This document shows positions 24,166 to 37,560 of a stretch of DNA of 64,000 nt, in pieces. The DNA comes from Squalus acanthias (lineage: Eukaryota). The stretch covers positions 148,802,001 to 148,866,000 of the forward strand of contig CM059431.1 of NCBI GenBank assembly GCA_030390025.1. The letters run 5' to 3'. Within the stretch, counting starts at the first letter, position 1. Each line of letters begins with the position of its first letter. The notes under the pieces are model-generated. The model saw only the letters and a list, made by a program, of their open reading frames with translations, searched no databases and was not told the DNA's origin. The position numbers were made by a program, and so were the translations under genes.

Positions 24166-25499
24166 ATCCTTAACCGCCCGTTTAGCACCACCGCACATTT
24201 AGCGCCACCGCCTGAGACGAATTTCTCGGCCCTTGACTGCCGACATCGGCACACATCAAATGTCACTGCATGCTGACGAATTGGGCGAAGACGTTGCCTC
24301 TCGAAGGCTCGGCTTGAACCCATTCAGAGTCAGTTGTTATCTTCCGTGTCATATTGCTCCAGGGGTGCGAAGATACAAGAGTTATATCTAAAATTAATTA
24401 CAAGCATTTCTTTCTGATCCAAAATTCTGCTGTCCGTGTCCTAACTCGCACCAAGTCCCGTTCACCCATCACCCCTGTGCTCGCTGACTTACATTGTCTC
24501 CCGGTTCGGCAATGATTTGATTTTAAAATTCTCACCTCCTGTGCAGCCCCAAATCATGGCCAAGTGTCCAGTAAAGGATTTGCATCCCGAAAATGTCAAA
24601 CCTTCGCTTGTTTATGTTTAGTATTTTACCGTAAGTACTTTTCATACCCCAGGGCTGCAGCTGGATTTCTACAATTGGCATCAGGGGGACGAGGCACAGG
24701 GGAAGGAGAAGAATTCGGCTCGGACTGTAGCTCAAAACACAACCACCTCCAATTTATCACTTCAAGTCACACAACATCCAGACTTAGACGTTAAAACAAT
24801 TAATTATTGGGATGTGTGCCTCGCTGGAAAGGCCAGCATTTATTGCCCAGCCCCAATTGCCCTCGAGAAAGTGGTGGTGAGCCGCCTTATACAACTGAGA
24901 GGCTTGCTAGGCCATTTCAGAGGAGCTGTTAATTGTCTAACACTTTGTTGTGCATCTGGAGTCACATTTCGTCCAGAATGGTTAAGGACGGCAGATTTTC
25001 TTCCCTTAAAGACATTAGTGAACCAGATGTGTTTTACGACAATCTGGTGGTGTCATGGTCAGCTTTACTGATGCTAGCTTTTTCCTCCAGAATGTTTCAA
25101 TTAATTGCTGGTGAGATTTAAACACTGGATCATTTATCCAAGCATCGGGTTTATCCGTCCAGCACCATAACCACTATGCTGCCGTACACTTCAAACAAAT
25201 CGCCGTTCCTTCATCATCACTGGGTCAAAAGCCTGTAATTCCTTGCGTAACAGTATTGTGGGAGCAACTACACAACACGGACTGCAGCGGCTCAAGATGA
25301 AGGCACACCATTTCCTCATGGGTAATGAGGGATCGGAAATTAGGACCGGCCTTGACAGCATTACCATATCCTGAGAACAAATTAATATAAATAATAAAAT
25401 GGGAATAAACTTAATGATTTTGTAATTCTTTGATTAAACCAGGCGAGGCCTGTGTTCAGAGTGGGGAGTCAACAAAAGTTGTTTCACCAATTCTATGAT

Positions 25500-28400
25500 T
25501 CTATGATTGCTACTGCCCACACCTTCCCAATTTCGCTCTCCTTTCAAAAGGTGTTTGATGACGTACCACATAATAATAATATTGATGTCCATGGGATTAA
25601 AATGGCAGTAACAACAAGACTCGGACATTGGCTAAGAGACAGAATGCAGAGAGTAGTGATAAACGGTTGTTTTTCAGACTCGAGGGAAGTATACAGTGCT
25701 GTTACCCATGTGTCGGTGCTGAGACCACTGCTTTTTCAATGTACATCAATGCCATGGACTTGGGTATACAGCAAATAATTTCAAAGTTTGCAGATGTCAG
25801 GAAAGTCGGAAATGCTAATAATCAGTGAGAAAGTTAGCAACAGGCTTGAGGAGGACAAAGAGTGACTTCTGAGTTGGGCAGATACATGCCAGATACAACT
25901 TAACACAGTTAAGGATGAAGTGATACATTGGTCAGAAGTATGAACAGAGGCAATATAAACTTAACGGTACAATTTTTAAAGCGGGTGCACGATCAGAGAG
26001 ACCTGGGCTGTACTTACACAAATCTGTGAAGGTGGCAGGATAAGTTGTGACGGCTGTTAAAAAAACATACTGAGACCTTGGGTTTACAGACAGATACACA
26101 GAGTAAAAAAATCCAGGAATTAATGCTAACCTTTTATAAATCACTGGTTAGGTCCCATCTGGAGCATTGTGTTCAATTCTGAGAACGAAACTTTGGCAAG
26201 CATGTCAAGGATTAGGAACGGTGTTGACGAGATTTACCAGAATGTTACCAGGGATCTGGGACTTCAGTTACGTGGAGAGACTGGAGAAGCTGGGATTGTT
26301 CTTTTTAGAGCAGTGAAGATTAAGAAACATAGAATTATAGAATCATTGAAATATTCGGCAAAGAAGGAGGCCATTCCACCCATCGCATTTGCGCATGTCG
26401 CAGAAGAGTGATCCGGCCTATTCCCACTTTCCAGCTCTTGGTCCGTATCAACGTAAGTTCAAGTGCACATCCAAGTACTTTTTAATGTGATGAGGTTTTC
26501 TGCCTCTACCATCTTTTCAGGCAGTGTGTTCCAGATCACCACCGCCCTCTGGGTGAAAAAAATCTCCTCATCTCCCCTCTAATCCTTCCACCAAAAACGT
26601 TAACTCTATGCAAGCTAGTTATTCACCTCTCTGCTAAGGGAAATAGATAGTTTCTATCCACTCTATCAGGCCCTACATTAATTTATACGGCTCAATTAAA
26701 TCTCCCGTCAGCCTCTTCTGTTCCAACGTAAAATTCCCCAGCCTATCCGATCTTTCCTCATAGCTAAAATTCTCCAGTCCTGGCAACATCCTCATGAATC
26801 TCCTCTGTACCCTCTCGAGTGCAGTCACATCTTTCTTCTAATGTGGTTGCCAGAACTGTATGCAGTACTCTTAGCTGTGGCCTAACTAGTGTTTTATACA
26901 GTTCTAGCATAAGTTCCCTGCTCTTATGTTCTATGCCTCGGATAATAATGCGAAGTATCGCATATGCCTTCATAAACTCCCCATCTACATGTCCTGCTAC
27001 ATTTACGGATCTTTGGACATGAACTCCAAGGTTCCTCTGTTCCTCTGCACTTCTCATTACCCAAGATTTATTGTGTAATCCCTTGCTTTGTTAGCCACCG
27101 CCCCAAAATGCATTACCTCATAATTCTATGGATTGAATTCCATTTGCCACTTTTTTGCCCGCCTGACCTGTCCATTGATAACTTCCCGCATTCTACAGTT
27201 ATATAACCTCACTATCAACCACACGGTCAATTTATGTATCATCTGCAAACTTCTTAATTATGGCCCCAGCATTGAAGTATTAATCATTGATATATATCAC
27301 AAAAAGCAGGGGACCTAGTACTGAGCTCTGCGGAACCCCACTGGAAACAGCCTTCGAGTCACACGAAACACTTGTCGACCATTACATTTTTCTTCCTGCC
27401 AATGAGATAATTTTGGTTCCAACTTGCAACTTTCCGTTGGGTCCTATGGACTTTTACTTTTTTGACTAACCTGTCATGTGGGACCATGCCATAGGCCTTG
27501 CTAATATATATGTGAACGCCATCAAATACACTACCCTCATCGACCCTCCTCGTTACCTCATCCAAAAATTCAAACAAGTGACTGAGACAGGCACTTCCCT
27601 TAACAAATCCATGTTGACTTCCCTTGATTAATTCGTGCCTTTCTAAATGCCAATTTATACTGGCTGTCACAATTTTTCCAATATATTTCCACCATCGTGG
27701 TTAGGCTGTTTGGCCTGTCATTGGCCTATCACATTCTCCCTCTTTAAGCAACGTTACAACGTGAGCAGTCCTCCAGTCCTCTGGTACCACGCCAATAGCT
27801 ATAGAGGAATGGAAAATGATGGTCTGAGCCTCTGTTATTGCCTCCCTTATCTATCTTAACAGCTTGGGATACATTTCCTCCAGGACTCGTGTTTTATCTA
27901 CATTGAAAGATGCTAAACCCCTTAATAGTTCCTCTCTCATTATGTTTATCTCATCTAATATTGTATACTCCTCCTCAACTACAATGTCAGCAACGTCCCT
28001 CTCTGCTGTGATGACAAACGCAAAGCATAGAGTAAGAATCATACCCACGTCTTCCGCCCTCGCCACAGGTTTTCTTTTTGGTCTCCATTAGGCACTACTC
28101 TCTCCTTAGATAAACTCTTGCTCTTTATATATTAATAAAACATCATTGGGTTTTCCTTGATTTTACTTGCCAATATTTTTTAATGCCCATTCTTTGCCTT
28201 CCTCATTTCACTTTTAATTTCACCCCTGCACTTTCTATACTCCTCTAGGATTTCTGTAGTATTAAGCTCTCGTTATCTGGCAAAAGCTTCCCTTTTTTTC
28301 CTTATCCTAACCTGTACGTTTCTTGACATCCAGGGGACTCTAGCATTGGGGATCAAATCCTATTTCTTTGTGGACACATATTTGCTCCGAACCCCCACGA

Positions 28401-28930
28401 TCTCCTTCTCTAATGCTTCCCACTGCTGGCACTGATTTCATTTAAGTAACTGTTTCCAATCCAATTTTGCTAAATCACATCGCAGCTTAGTAAAATTAGC
28501 CTTTCCAGAATTGAGAACTTTTAAACATGGTGTATCTGTGTCCTTCTCCATAATGGGAGATTTAATAATGATGTTCAAATTATGATGGGTTTTGATAGAC
28601 TACATAAGTCGAAACTTTTTCCAGTTGCAGAATGGTGGGTAACCAGCGGTCACAGATTTTAGGTAATTGACAAAAGAAGCAGAAGAGAGTTGAGGAGAAT
28701 TTTCGTTATGCAGTGAGTTGTTGTGATCTGGAATGCACTGTCTGAGAACGTGATGGAAGCAAATTCAACAGTAAGTTTTGACAGGGAATTGTAATATTAG
28801 TTGAAGGGGATTTTTTTACTGGGCTCTGACTGAAGATTAGGACTAATTAGATAGCTCTTTCAAAGAGACGGCACGGACACAATGGGCAGAAAGTCCTCCT
28901 TCTGTGCTGTACCATTCTATGATTCTATGA
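25500..28930. mobile_element. Nested degenerate CR1 fragments (+ ~25500-26330, - ~26330-28550, + ~28550-28930)
   Basis: QHGFVKG, GVPQ, KFAD remnants and ATTCTATG tails in both orientations. Confidence 0.8.
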
Positions 28931-29159
28931 GAAGGAGACAGAGAGAGAAAGAGAGAACAGGGAGAGAGAAAGAGAAAGAGAGGAAGACAAGTAGGGACTG
29001 ATAGTCTGGGGGAGGTACAGAGGAAAATAAATTACCTTTAAAAGGGAAATTGGATAAATACTTCAAGGGCAACAATGTGCAGGACTATGGGAAAAGAGCA
29101 GGGAAATGGACTAATTGTAGGGGTGAGGGCATTGTGTGATTTGAACACATGGAGTATAA

Positions 29160-30530
29160 TATTAAGCTCGAAGTGTTGCCTGATCGGGAGCAAATGTAGG
29201 TCAGCGAACACACGGGTGATTTGTGAACGGGTCATGATGCGTGTTAGTATATGAAAATGAGAAGTCGCACAACACCAGGTTATAGTCCAACAGTTTTATT
29301 TGAAATCACAAGCTTTCGGAGCATACGTGGCCCCTTTCTCAGGTGAGGTAAAGAGATACAGAATCGCCAAAGCATATATAGATAGAGAACAATGCATGTG
29401 TTACTTAAAAAATCAGACGACTACATTTAAATCATCCTGACTGTTTATCTGCCGAGGTGTGACAAAAGGCAATCAGGTCAGCCAGGAAAGCACCACATCA
29501 AAGACATAGCAAGATACAACTGAGACAATGAGGTGGAGCCACAGGGGGTCCAATGTGTCAAAAGCCGCAGTATGGGAAACGATAAACTTTAAAAAAATTT
29601 ACTTTTTTACTGTGAATCACATCTGTTAACAAGCCAACGACGACTCGAGTCTGGATCACGTCATGTATCGTGACATAAACCCGAGATCCCGGTTGAGGCC
29701 GTCCTCATGAGTGCTCAACTTGGCAATCAGTTTCTGCTCGATGATTTTGCGTTGTCGTGTGTTTCTAAGGCCGCCTTGGAGAACGCTTACCCGCAGATCC
29801 GAGGCTGAATGTCCTTGACTGCTGAAGTGTTCCCCGACTGGGAGGGAACACTCCTGCCTGGTGATTGTTGCGCGGTGTCCGTTCATACGTTGTCTCAGTG
29901 TCTGCATGGTCTCGCCGATGTACCATGCTGCGGTGCATTCTTTCCTGCAACGTATGAGGTAGACAACGTTGGCCGAGTCACATGAGTATGTACCATGTAC
30001 CTGGTGGGTAGTGTCCTCCCGTGTGATGATGGTATCTGTGTTGATGATCTGGCATGTCTTGCAGAGGTTCCCGTGGCAGGGTTGTGTGGTGTCGTGGTCG
30101 CTGTTATCCTGAAAGCTGGGTAATTTGCTGCGAATGATGGTACTTCTGAGGTTAGGTGGCTGTTTGAAGGCAAGTAGTGCAGGCGTGGGGATGGCCTTAG
30201 CGAGGTGTTCGTCGTCATCGATGACATGTTGGAGGCTGCGAAGAACATGGCGTAGTTTCTCCGCTCCGGGGAAGTACTGGACGACGTAGGTACCCTGTTG
30301 GTTGTGTCCCGTGTTTGCCTTCTGAGGAGGTCTATCCGATTTTTCGCTGTGGCCCGTCGGAACTGTTAGTATATGGACAGCAGAGTTTTGGATGAGCTCC
30401 AGTTTATGGAGGCTTGTAACTGGGAGGCCGGCCAAGAGAGCATTGGAATAGTCGATTCTGGATTTAACAAATGGGGATAATGCAGCGGAATGGCTGAGAC
30501 GGGTAGGAGACGGATGATATTGTGGAGGTG
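29160..30530 (-). mobile_element. L2-like LINE fragment split by the Penelope insertion
   Basis: AGLPVTSLHKLELIQNSAVHILT on one side, TRSQITRVFADLHLLPI on the other. Confidence 0.7.
29254..30363 (-). mobile_element. Penelope-like element 3' part with GIY-YIG endonuclease and 12-bp TSD
   Basis: AFKQPPNLR, CKTC, NVVYLIRC...WYIGET...RMNGH, GLNRD; TSD TGTTAGTATATG at 29242-29253 and 30364-30375. Confidence 0.92.
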
Positions 30531-30759
30531 GTGATTCAGAGGATTACAGATCTAATTGCTGGATATAGAGACTTAACAGGGCAAAGACGAGAGAGTAAAT
30601 TACAAGAACTGTAATGCAGTTAGCAAAGGATTGCAGAGTTAATAGTTGGATACAAAGACTTACCGGGAACAACAACAGCAACAAGGAGGGGCGAGTAAAT
30701 TACAACAACAGTAATGCAGTGAAACAAGGTTTATAGAATAGCTGGATAGAGAGACTTAC

Positions 30760-30940
30760 CAGGAACACCGAAAGCAGCAATGAGCGGATAGTAAAAGTGT
30801 TCAATAACCTTAAGTGCTAAATGGATCCAAATTTCTAATGATATTTTCTCATGATATGCAGAAAGATGGTCAATCTCCCAGATTAAACTCTTGCCCACTG
30901 TAGTGACATTCCAATCGATTGTTCTCAGATTCTGATCCAT
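30760..30940 (-). CDS. First coding exon of a GPR139-like GPCR (N-terminus and first half of TM1)
   Basis: ATG at 30940; 60 codons +1 nt ending HFYYPLIAAFGVP-G|GTAAGT; NVT glycosylation sequon; phase 1 matches the acceptor at 2208. Confidence 0.8.
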
Positions 30941-31029
30941 TGTTCTAACATTCCAAACCACTGTTCTCAGATTCCGACTGCTCCCTCTGTGGAACAGCGA
31001 GCTGATCCCTGTAAGTGCCGGTGGTGATG

Positions 31030-31213
31030 CTCTCACTGACACTGCGGGATAACACATTGAAAGGAGTCCTTTATTAATAGAAGACGGAAACCCTGCACTG
31101 ACACAATTAGCGTCCATGGAGACTGACATTGATTACAGTCACTGAACAAACAGCTTCAGTTAAGTCATGGAGACTGACATTAATTACTGTCAGTGAACAA
31201 ACAGCTTCAGTTA
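31030..31213 (-). promoter_or_regulatory. Putative promoter of the distal exon 1, with a 50-bp tandem duplication
   Basis: TATTAATAAA on the minus strand at ~31070-31079; CATGGAGACTGACATT...GAACAAACAGCTTCAGTTAA twice (31115-31213). Confidence 0.45.
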
Positions 31214-32239
31214 ACCCCTTTCAATCCAGCATGTTTTGCACCACAGTAAAGTAGAACATTTCTGCAGTCCGAATGGAATACATGAGGGTTGCACTCGCAC
31301 CACACAAGTGCCCCGCAGTGACGATCTCCAAAAAGTGCCATCTCCCCTTGATATGCAATGGCAATACCATTGGCGAATCCCCCACCATCAATTTCCTGAT
31401 GGTCACCATTCACCAGAAACTTAACTGGACCACCCACATAAAAACTGTGGCTACAAGAGCGGGTCAGAAGCTGGGTACCCTGCCGCGAGTGTTTATACAA
31501 TGCTAGGCCATTTCAGAGGAACAGTTAATAGTCAACCACATTGCTGTGGGTTTGGAGTCACATTTCAGCCAGAATGTGTAAGGACGGCAGATTTCCTTCC
31601 CTGAAGGACATTAGTGAACCAATCGTGTTTTTACGAGAATCCGGTAGTTTCATGGTCAACATTGCTGACACTAATATTTTATTCCAGATTGTTTAATGAA
31701 TCGAATTTAAATTCCCAATGGTTGGGGATTTGAACTACAGGATCATGAGTCCAGGCATCTTGTTTACAATCCAGCAACATAACCACTATGCTACGGTATT
31801 CTTCAAATATATCGCTGTTCCTTCATCGTCACTTGGTCAAAAGACTGAAATTCTTTCCTTTACAGTATTGTGGGAGCACCTTCATCACACGGACTGCAGC
31901 GGCTCAAGATGAAGGCCTACCATTTTATCATGGGTAACTAGGGATGGACAGGTAATAGCGGCCTTGACAGCGTCAACCATATCCTGAGAACAAATAAATA
32001 AAAATAATACAAATGGAATAAAATTACTATTTGTGTTTCTCACCGATTGAAACCAGTCGTGCCTGTGATCAGAGTGGCGCATTACGATGCGATAAAAAAA
32101 ATTGTCAACACAACCTGTCTCACCAATTCTATGGATTTATGATTGATACTGCTCACACTTTCCTAATTTCCCTATATTTTAAAATGGTGCTTGATAAAGT
32201 ACCACATATTACCTAAATTGAAGCCCTGGGTTTAAATTG

Positions 32240-33290
32240 GCAGTGTCAACAGTGAGTGGTGCGAGGTATATCAGTATTACAGTGACTGGTGTGGGGTGTA
32301 ACAGTCCAGAGTGTGGCATGTATCAGAGGGTTACAGTGAGTGGTGTGGGGTATATCAGACTGTTACAGTGACGGGTGTGGGTTTTATCAGAATATTATAT
32401 TCAGGAGATCTGCCATATATCAGAGATGCGGAGATGCCGGTTTTGGACTGGGGTGGACAAAAGTGAGAAGTCGCACAACACCAGGTTATAGTGCAACAGT
32501 TTTATTTGAAATCACAAGCTTTCGTCAGGTGAAGAAGGGGCTGCAGCTCCGAAAGCTTGTGATTTCAATAAAACTTTTGGACTATAACCTGGCGTTGTGC
32601 GACTTCTCACATATATCAGAGAGTGTTAGAGTGAAGGGTGCGGGTATATCAGACTGTTACAATGAGCAGTGTGGGGGATATCAGTGTGTTACCATGAGGG
32701 GAGTGCGGTATATCAGAGTGTTACAGTTATTGGTGTGGGGTATATCCGAGTGTTACATTGAGGGGTGTGGGTTATATCAGAGTTTTACAATGAAGTGTGT
32801 GGAGTATTTCAGAGTGTTACAGTGTGGGATGCGGGTTGTTTCAAAGTGTTACAGGGTGGATTGTGGAGTATATCAGAGTGTGTTACAGTGAGTGGTGCGA
32901 GGTATATCAGTATTACAGTGATTGATGTGGGGAGTAACAGCCCAGAGTGTTGCGTATATCAGAGTGTTACAGTGAGTGGTGTGGGGTATATCAGTGTGTT
33001 ATAGTGAGGGGTGTGGGGTATATCAAAGTTTTACAGTGAAGCATGTGGGGAACACGAGTGTGTTACAGTGAGGGTTGTAGGGTATATTAATGTGTTACAG
33101 TGAGATGTGTGTTATTAGCAGTTTGTTACATTGAGGGGTGTGTGTTATATAAGAGAGTTAGAGTGAGAGGTATGGGGGTTATCAGCTGTTTACAGTGAAT
33201 GGTGTGTGGTATATCAGTGTTAGAGTGATGGGCGAGGCGTATGTAAGAATGTTAGAGCGAGTGATGTGGGATAAAGCAGATTGTTTCAGT
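32240..33290. repeat. ~32-bp minisatellite (GTGAGGGGTGTGGGGTATATCAGAGTGTTACA)n
   Basis: Direct reading; the reverse-complement array lies at ~56390-58100. Confidence 0.9.
32463..32610. repeat. ~60-bp-arm inverted repeat made of Penelope termini
   Basis: Arms 32463-32524 and ~32550-32610; left arm matches 29258-29319. Confidence 0.85.
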
Positions 33291-33299
33291 GAATGGTCT

Positions 33300-34005
33300 T
33301 TTCTTGTGAATCGCTAAATGTTATTATGCAGGTACAGCAAGTAATTAGGAAAGCTAATAGAATGTTATCGTTTAATGCGAGGGGAATTGAATACAAAAGT
33401 AGATAGGTTATGCTTCATTTCTACATGGCATTGGTGCGACCACATCTGGAGTACTGTGTACAGTATTGCTCTGCTTATTTAAGGAAGGATGTAAATGCGT
33501 TGGAAGCAGTTCAGAGAAGGTTTACTAGACTAATACCTGGAATGGGCGGGTTGTCTTATGAGGAAAGTTTGGACAGACTAGGCTTGTATCCGCTGGAGCT
33601 CCGAAGAATAAGAGGTGACTTGATTGAAACATATAAGATCCTGAGGGGTCTGAACAGGCTGGATGTGGAGTGGATGTTTAATCGTGTGGGATAATCTAGA
33701 AGCAAGGGGTCACTGTTTAAAAATAAGGGGTCGCCCAGTTAAGACAGAGATGAGTAGAATTTTTTCTCACAAAGGGTCGTGAGTCTTTGGAACTCACTTC
33801 CTCAGAGGGCGATAGGAGCAGAGTCTTTGAATAGATTCAAGGCAGAGTTAGATAGATTCTTGATAAGCAAGGGGATGAAAGGTTATCGGGTGTAGACGGG
33901 AATGTGGAGTAATTAGATCAGCCTAGATCTGATGGAATGGCGGAGCAGGCTCGAGGGGCCGAGAGGCCTACTCCTGCTCATAATTCCTATGTTCCTATGT
34001 TCCTT
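33300..34005 (+). mobile_element. CR1 3' fragment
   Basis: RPHLEYCVQ, RGDLIETYK, TTCCTATG tail. Confidence 0.88.
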
Positions 34006-34009
34006 TATC

Positions 34010-35090
34010 TAGGAGATCCCTGGCTTTGTGTAGGAGCTCGCTGGATCTGTGTAGGAGATCCCTGGTCTGCGTAGGTGATCCCTAGTCCGTGTAGGAGATT
34101 CCTGGTCTGTGTAGGAACTCTCTGGCTCTGTGTTGGAGATAACCGGCTCTTTGTTGGAGATCCATGGCTCAGTGAAAAAGATCCCTGTCTCTGTGTAAGA
34201 GATCCCTGGCTTTATGTAGGTAATGGAAGGTCTGTGTAAAAAATCTCTGATCTGTTTAGAATATCCCTGGCTCTGTGTAGAAGAGACCTGTCTGTATGAA
34301 GGCGATCCCTGATCTGTGTAGTAGATCCCTGGTCTGTGTAGGAGATCCTTGGTCTGTGTAGGCGATCCCTGAACTGTGTAGGAGATCCATGCTCTGTGTA
34401 GGAGAGCCCTGAACTGTGTACGTTATCCATGATCTGTGTAGGTTATCCCTGGTCTGTGTAGGAGATCCATGATCAGTGTAGGAGCTGTCTGTGTAGGAGC
34501 TCCCTGTATCTGTGTGGGAGAACCCTGGTCTGTGTAGGAGATCCCTGTGTCTGTGTGGGAGCCCCTTTGTCTGTGTAGGAAATCCCTGTGTCTGTGTGGG
34601 AGATCCCTGGTCTGTGTAGGAGATCCGTGGTCTGTGTAGGAGCTCCCTGTTTCTGTGTGGGAGCCCCTTTGTCTGTAATCTCCTTCAGCCCCACAACACC
34701 CCGAGATATCTGCGCTCCTTCAGTTCTGCCCTCTTGAGCATGCCTGATCATAATCGCTCAACCATTGGTGACCGTCCCTTCTGTTGACTAGGCCCTAAAC
34801 TCACTGTGTAGGAGATCCCTGGTCTGTGTCGAACTCACTGATCTGTGTAGGAGATCCCTGGTCTGTGTGGGAGATCGCTGGTCTGTGTAGCAGATCCCTT
34901 GTCTGTGTGGGAGCTCACTGGTCTGTGTAGGAGATCCCTGGTCTGTGTCGAAGCTCACTGGTCTGTGTAGGAGATCCCTGGTCTGTGTGGGAGATCGCTG
35001 GTCTGTGTAGGATATTCCATGCTTTGTGCAGGAGATATCTGGACTGTGTAGGAGATCTATGGCTCTGTGTAGAAGATCCCTGGTCTATGT
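34010..35090. repeat. 20-bp minisatellite (CTGTGTAGGAGATCCCTGGT)n with a short L2-like insert (~34675-34800)
   Basis: Direct reading of units. Confidence 0.92.
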
Positions 35091-35309
35091 ATGTGATAAC
35101 GTGAAAAGGCTGAGTCAACATGTTTTAATGAAAGGGAAATCTTGTTTTACAAATTTATTAGAGTATTTTGAGCATGTAAGGAGCAGCGTAGATAAAGGGG
35201 AGCCAGTGAATTTAGAATATTTGGATTTGCATAATGCATTAGATAAGGTGTCAGGTAAAAAGTTATTACACAAAATAAGGACTCATGGGGTTGAGGCTAA
35301 TATAGTAGC

Positions 35310-36040
35310 TTGCACTATCGGAGGGGCAGTACTGACGAACTATGCACTGTCGGAAAGGGAATAGTGAGGGAGCGCTGCACTGTTGGAGGCGAAGTACTGA
35401 CGGACACTACACTGTTTGAGGGGCAGTACTGAGGGAGCGCTGCACTTTCGGAGGGGCAGTACTGACGAACTATGAATTGTCGGAAAGGGAGTACTGAGGG
35501 AGCGCTGCACTGCTAGAGGGGCAGTACTGACGGACACTGCACTGTTGGATTGGCAGTACTGAGGGAGCGCTGCACTGTTGGAGGGGCAGTACTGATGGAC
35601 ACTGCACTGTTGGAGGGGCAGTACTGATGGACACTGCTCTGTTGGAGGGGTAGTACTGAGCGAGCGCTGCACTGTCGGAGGGGCAGTACTGACGGACACT
35701 CCACTGTCGGAGGTGCCGACTTTCAGATGAGACATTAAATCGAGGCCCCCGTCTGCACTCACAGCTGTACATAAATGTTCCCCCAGCCGCTATTGGAAGA
35801 AGAGCAGGAGGAGTTCTCCCTGGTATCCAGGGCCCAATATTTATCTCTCAAACAAGAGGAATAAAAAAGACACATTAACTGATCATTTTCTCATTGCTGT
35901 TTGTGGGAGCTGGCTGTGCGTAAATTGGCTTCCACTTTTCCGGCCGCACAACAGCGACTGCACTTCAAAAGTGCTTCCTTGACTGTGAAGCGCTTTGAGA
36001 CGTCCTGAGGTGGTGACAGGGGCAGTAGAAATGCGAGTTC
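35310..36040 (+). mobile_element. 33-bp array running into the 3' body of the SacSINE1-like SINE
   Basis: CTGCACTGTCGGAGGGGCAGTACTGAGGGAGCG units, then sequence complementary to 8110-8440. Confidence 0.75.
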
Positions 36041-36169
36041 CTTCTATATTTGAATGTGGTAGATTGTGAAATTAAAATCATGAAATCTGGTGGTTTATGG
36101 CTGGCCCCCGATCAAAGTGATGATGAAAAACTGTCAGATTTGTGGGAAAACAAAACCGGTTGACTCGGA

Positions 36170-37560
36170 GGAACAGGAGGAGGACAATCAGCCCCCTCGA
36201 GCCTGTTACTATAGGAACAGGAAGAGGCCAATCAGGCCCCTCGAGCCTGTTACTTTGGGAAAAGGAGTAGGCCCAATCAGCCTCTCGAGCCAGTTACACA
36301 GGGACAGGAGGAAGCCATTCATCCCCTCGAGCCTGTTACACAGGAACAGGAGTAGGCCATTCAGCCCCTTGAGTCTGCTACACTGGAACAGTGGGAGGCA
36401 AATCAGCCCCTCAAACCTATTACGCAGGAACAGGAGGGAGCCATTCTCCCACTCGAGCCAGTTAAACGGTAACAGGAGGAGTTCATTCAGCCTATTCGTG
36501 CGCATTATGCAGGAACAGGAGGAGGCACACTCAACCACTCGAGGCTGTTACACAGGAACAGGAGTAGGTCATTCAGCCCATCTATCCCGTTACACAGTAA
36601 AATAAGTAGGCTCATTCAGCACTTTCGAGCCTGTTACACAGGAACAGGAGTAGGCACATCCAGCCCCTCAAGCCTGTTACAAAGGAACAGGTGGCCATTC
36701 AGCCCATCGAGCCTGTTACACAGGAACAGGAGTCCATTTAGCTTCTTGAGCCTGTTACACAGGAACAGGAGGAAGCAAATTCAGCACCACGAACACATTA
36801 TGCAGGGAAAGGAGGAGGCCCATTCAGAACCTCGACCCCATTAAACAGGAACAGGAAGTGACCCATTCAGCCGCTCGAGCCTGTTGCATAGAAATAAGAG
36901 TAGGTCCATTCAGCCGGTCGAGCCCGTTACACAGGAACAGGAGGAGGGCATTCAGCCCCCATCGAGCCTGTTACATTGGATCTGGAAGTGGCCATTCATC
37001 CCCTCGATCCTGTTACACAGGAGGAGGAGGAAGCCATTCAGACCGCTCTAGCCTGTGGCGTAAGAACAGGAGGAGACAAATCAGCCCCTCAAGCGTCTGA
37101 TGCAGGAACAGGAGGGGGCCATTCACCCCCTCGAGCCAGTTACACGGGAACCGGAAGAGGTCATTCAGCCCCTTCGAGACCATTACACAGGAGCAAGAGG
37201 AGGCCCATTGAACCACTCGAGGCTGGTACACAGGAAAAGGAGTAGGCCCATTCACCCCCGCCAGCTTGTGACTATAGTTACAGGAGGAAGCCATTCAGTC
37301 CCTCGAAGCCGTTGCTCTAGGAACAGGAGGAGGTCATTCAGCCACCTCAAGCCCATTCCACCGGAAAAGGAGGAGACCCATTCATCCCCTCGAGGCTGTT
37401 GCACAGGAACAGGTGTAGACCCATTCACCCCCGCCAGCCTGTTACACAAGAAGAGGTGTCCATTCAGCCTCGCGAGCCTGTTACACAGGAACAGGAGGAG
37501 GGAATTCAGTCGCTCAAGCCCGTTTTGCAGGAACAGGAGGAGGCAATTCTGCCCACACGC
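36170..37560. repeat. 42-bp minisatellite (CAGGAACAGGAGGAGGCCATTCAGCCCCTCGAGCCTGTTACA)n
   Basis: About 30 units read directly. Confidence 0.92.

Noticed and set aside
29656..30435. 259-aa ORF as a host gene
   Set aside because: Chance in-frame join of an L2 fragment and a Penelope GIY-YIG domain across the TSD
30941..31129. Upstream extension of the exon-1 ORF
   Set aside because: Runs through the TATA-like region; ATG at 30940 gives a typical receptor N-terminus
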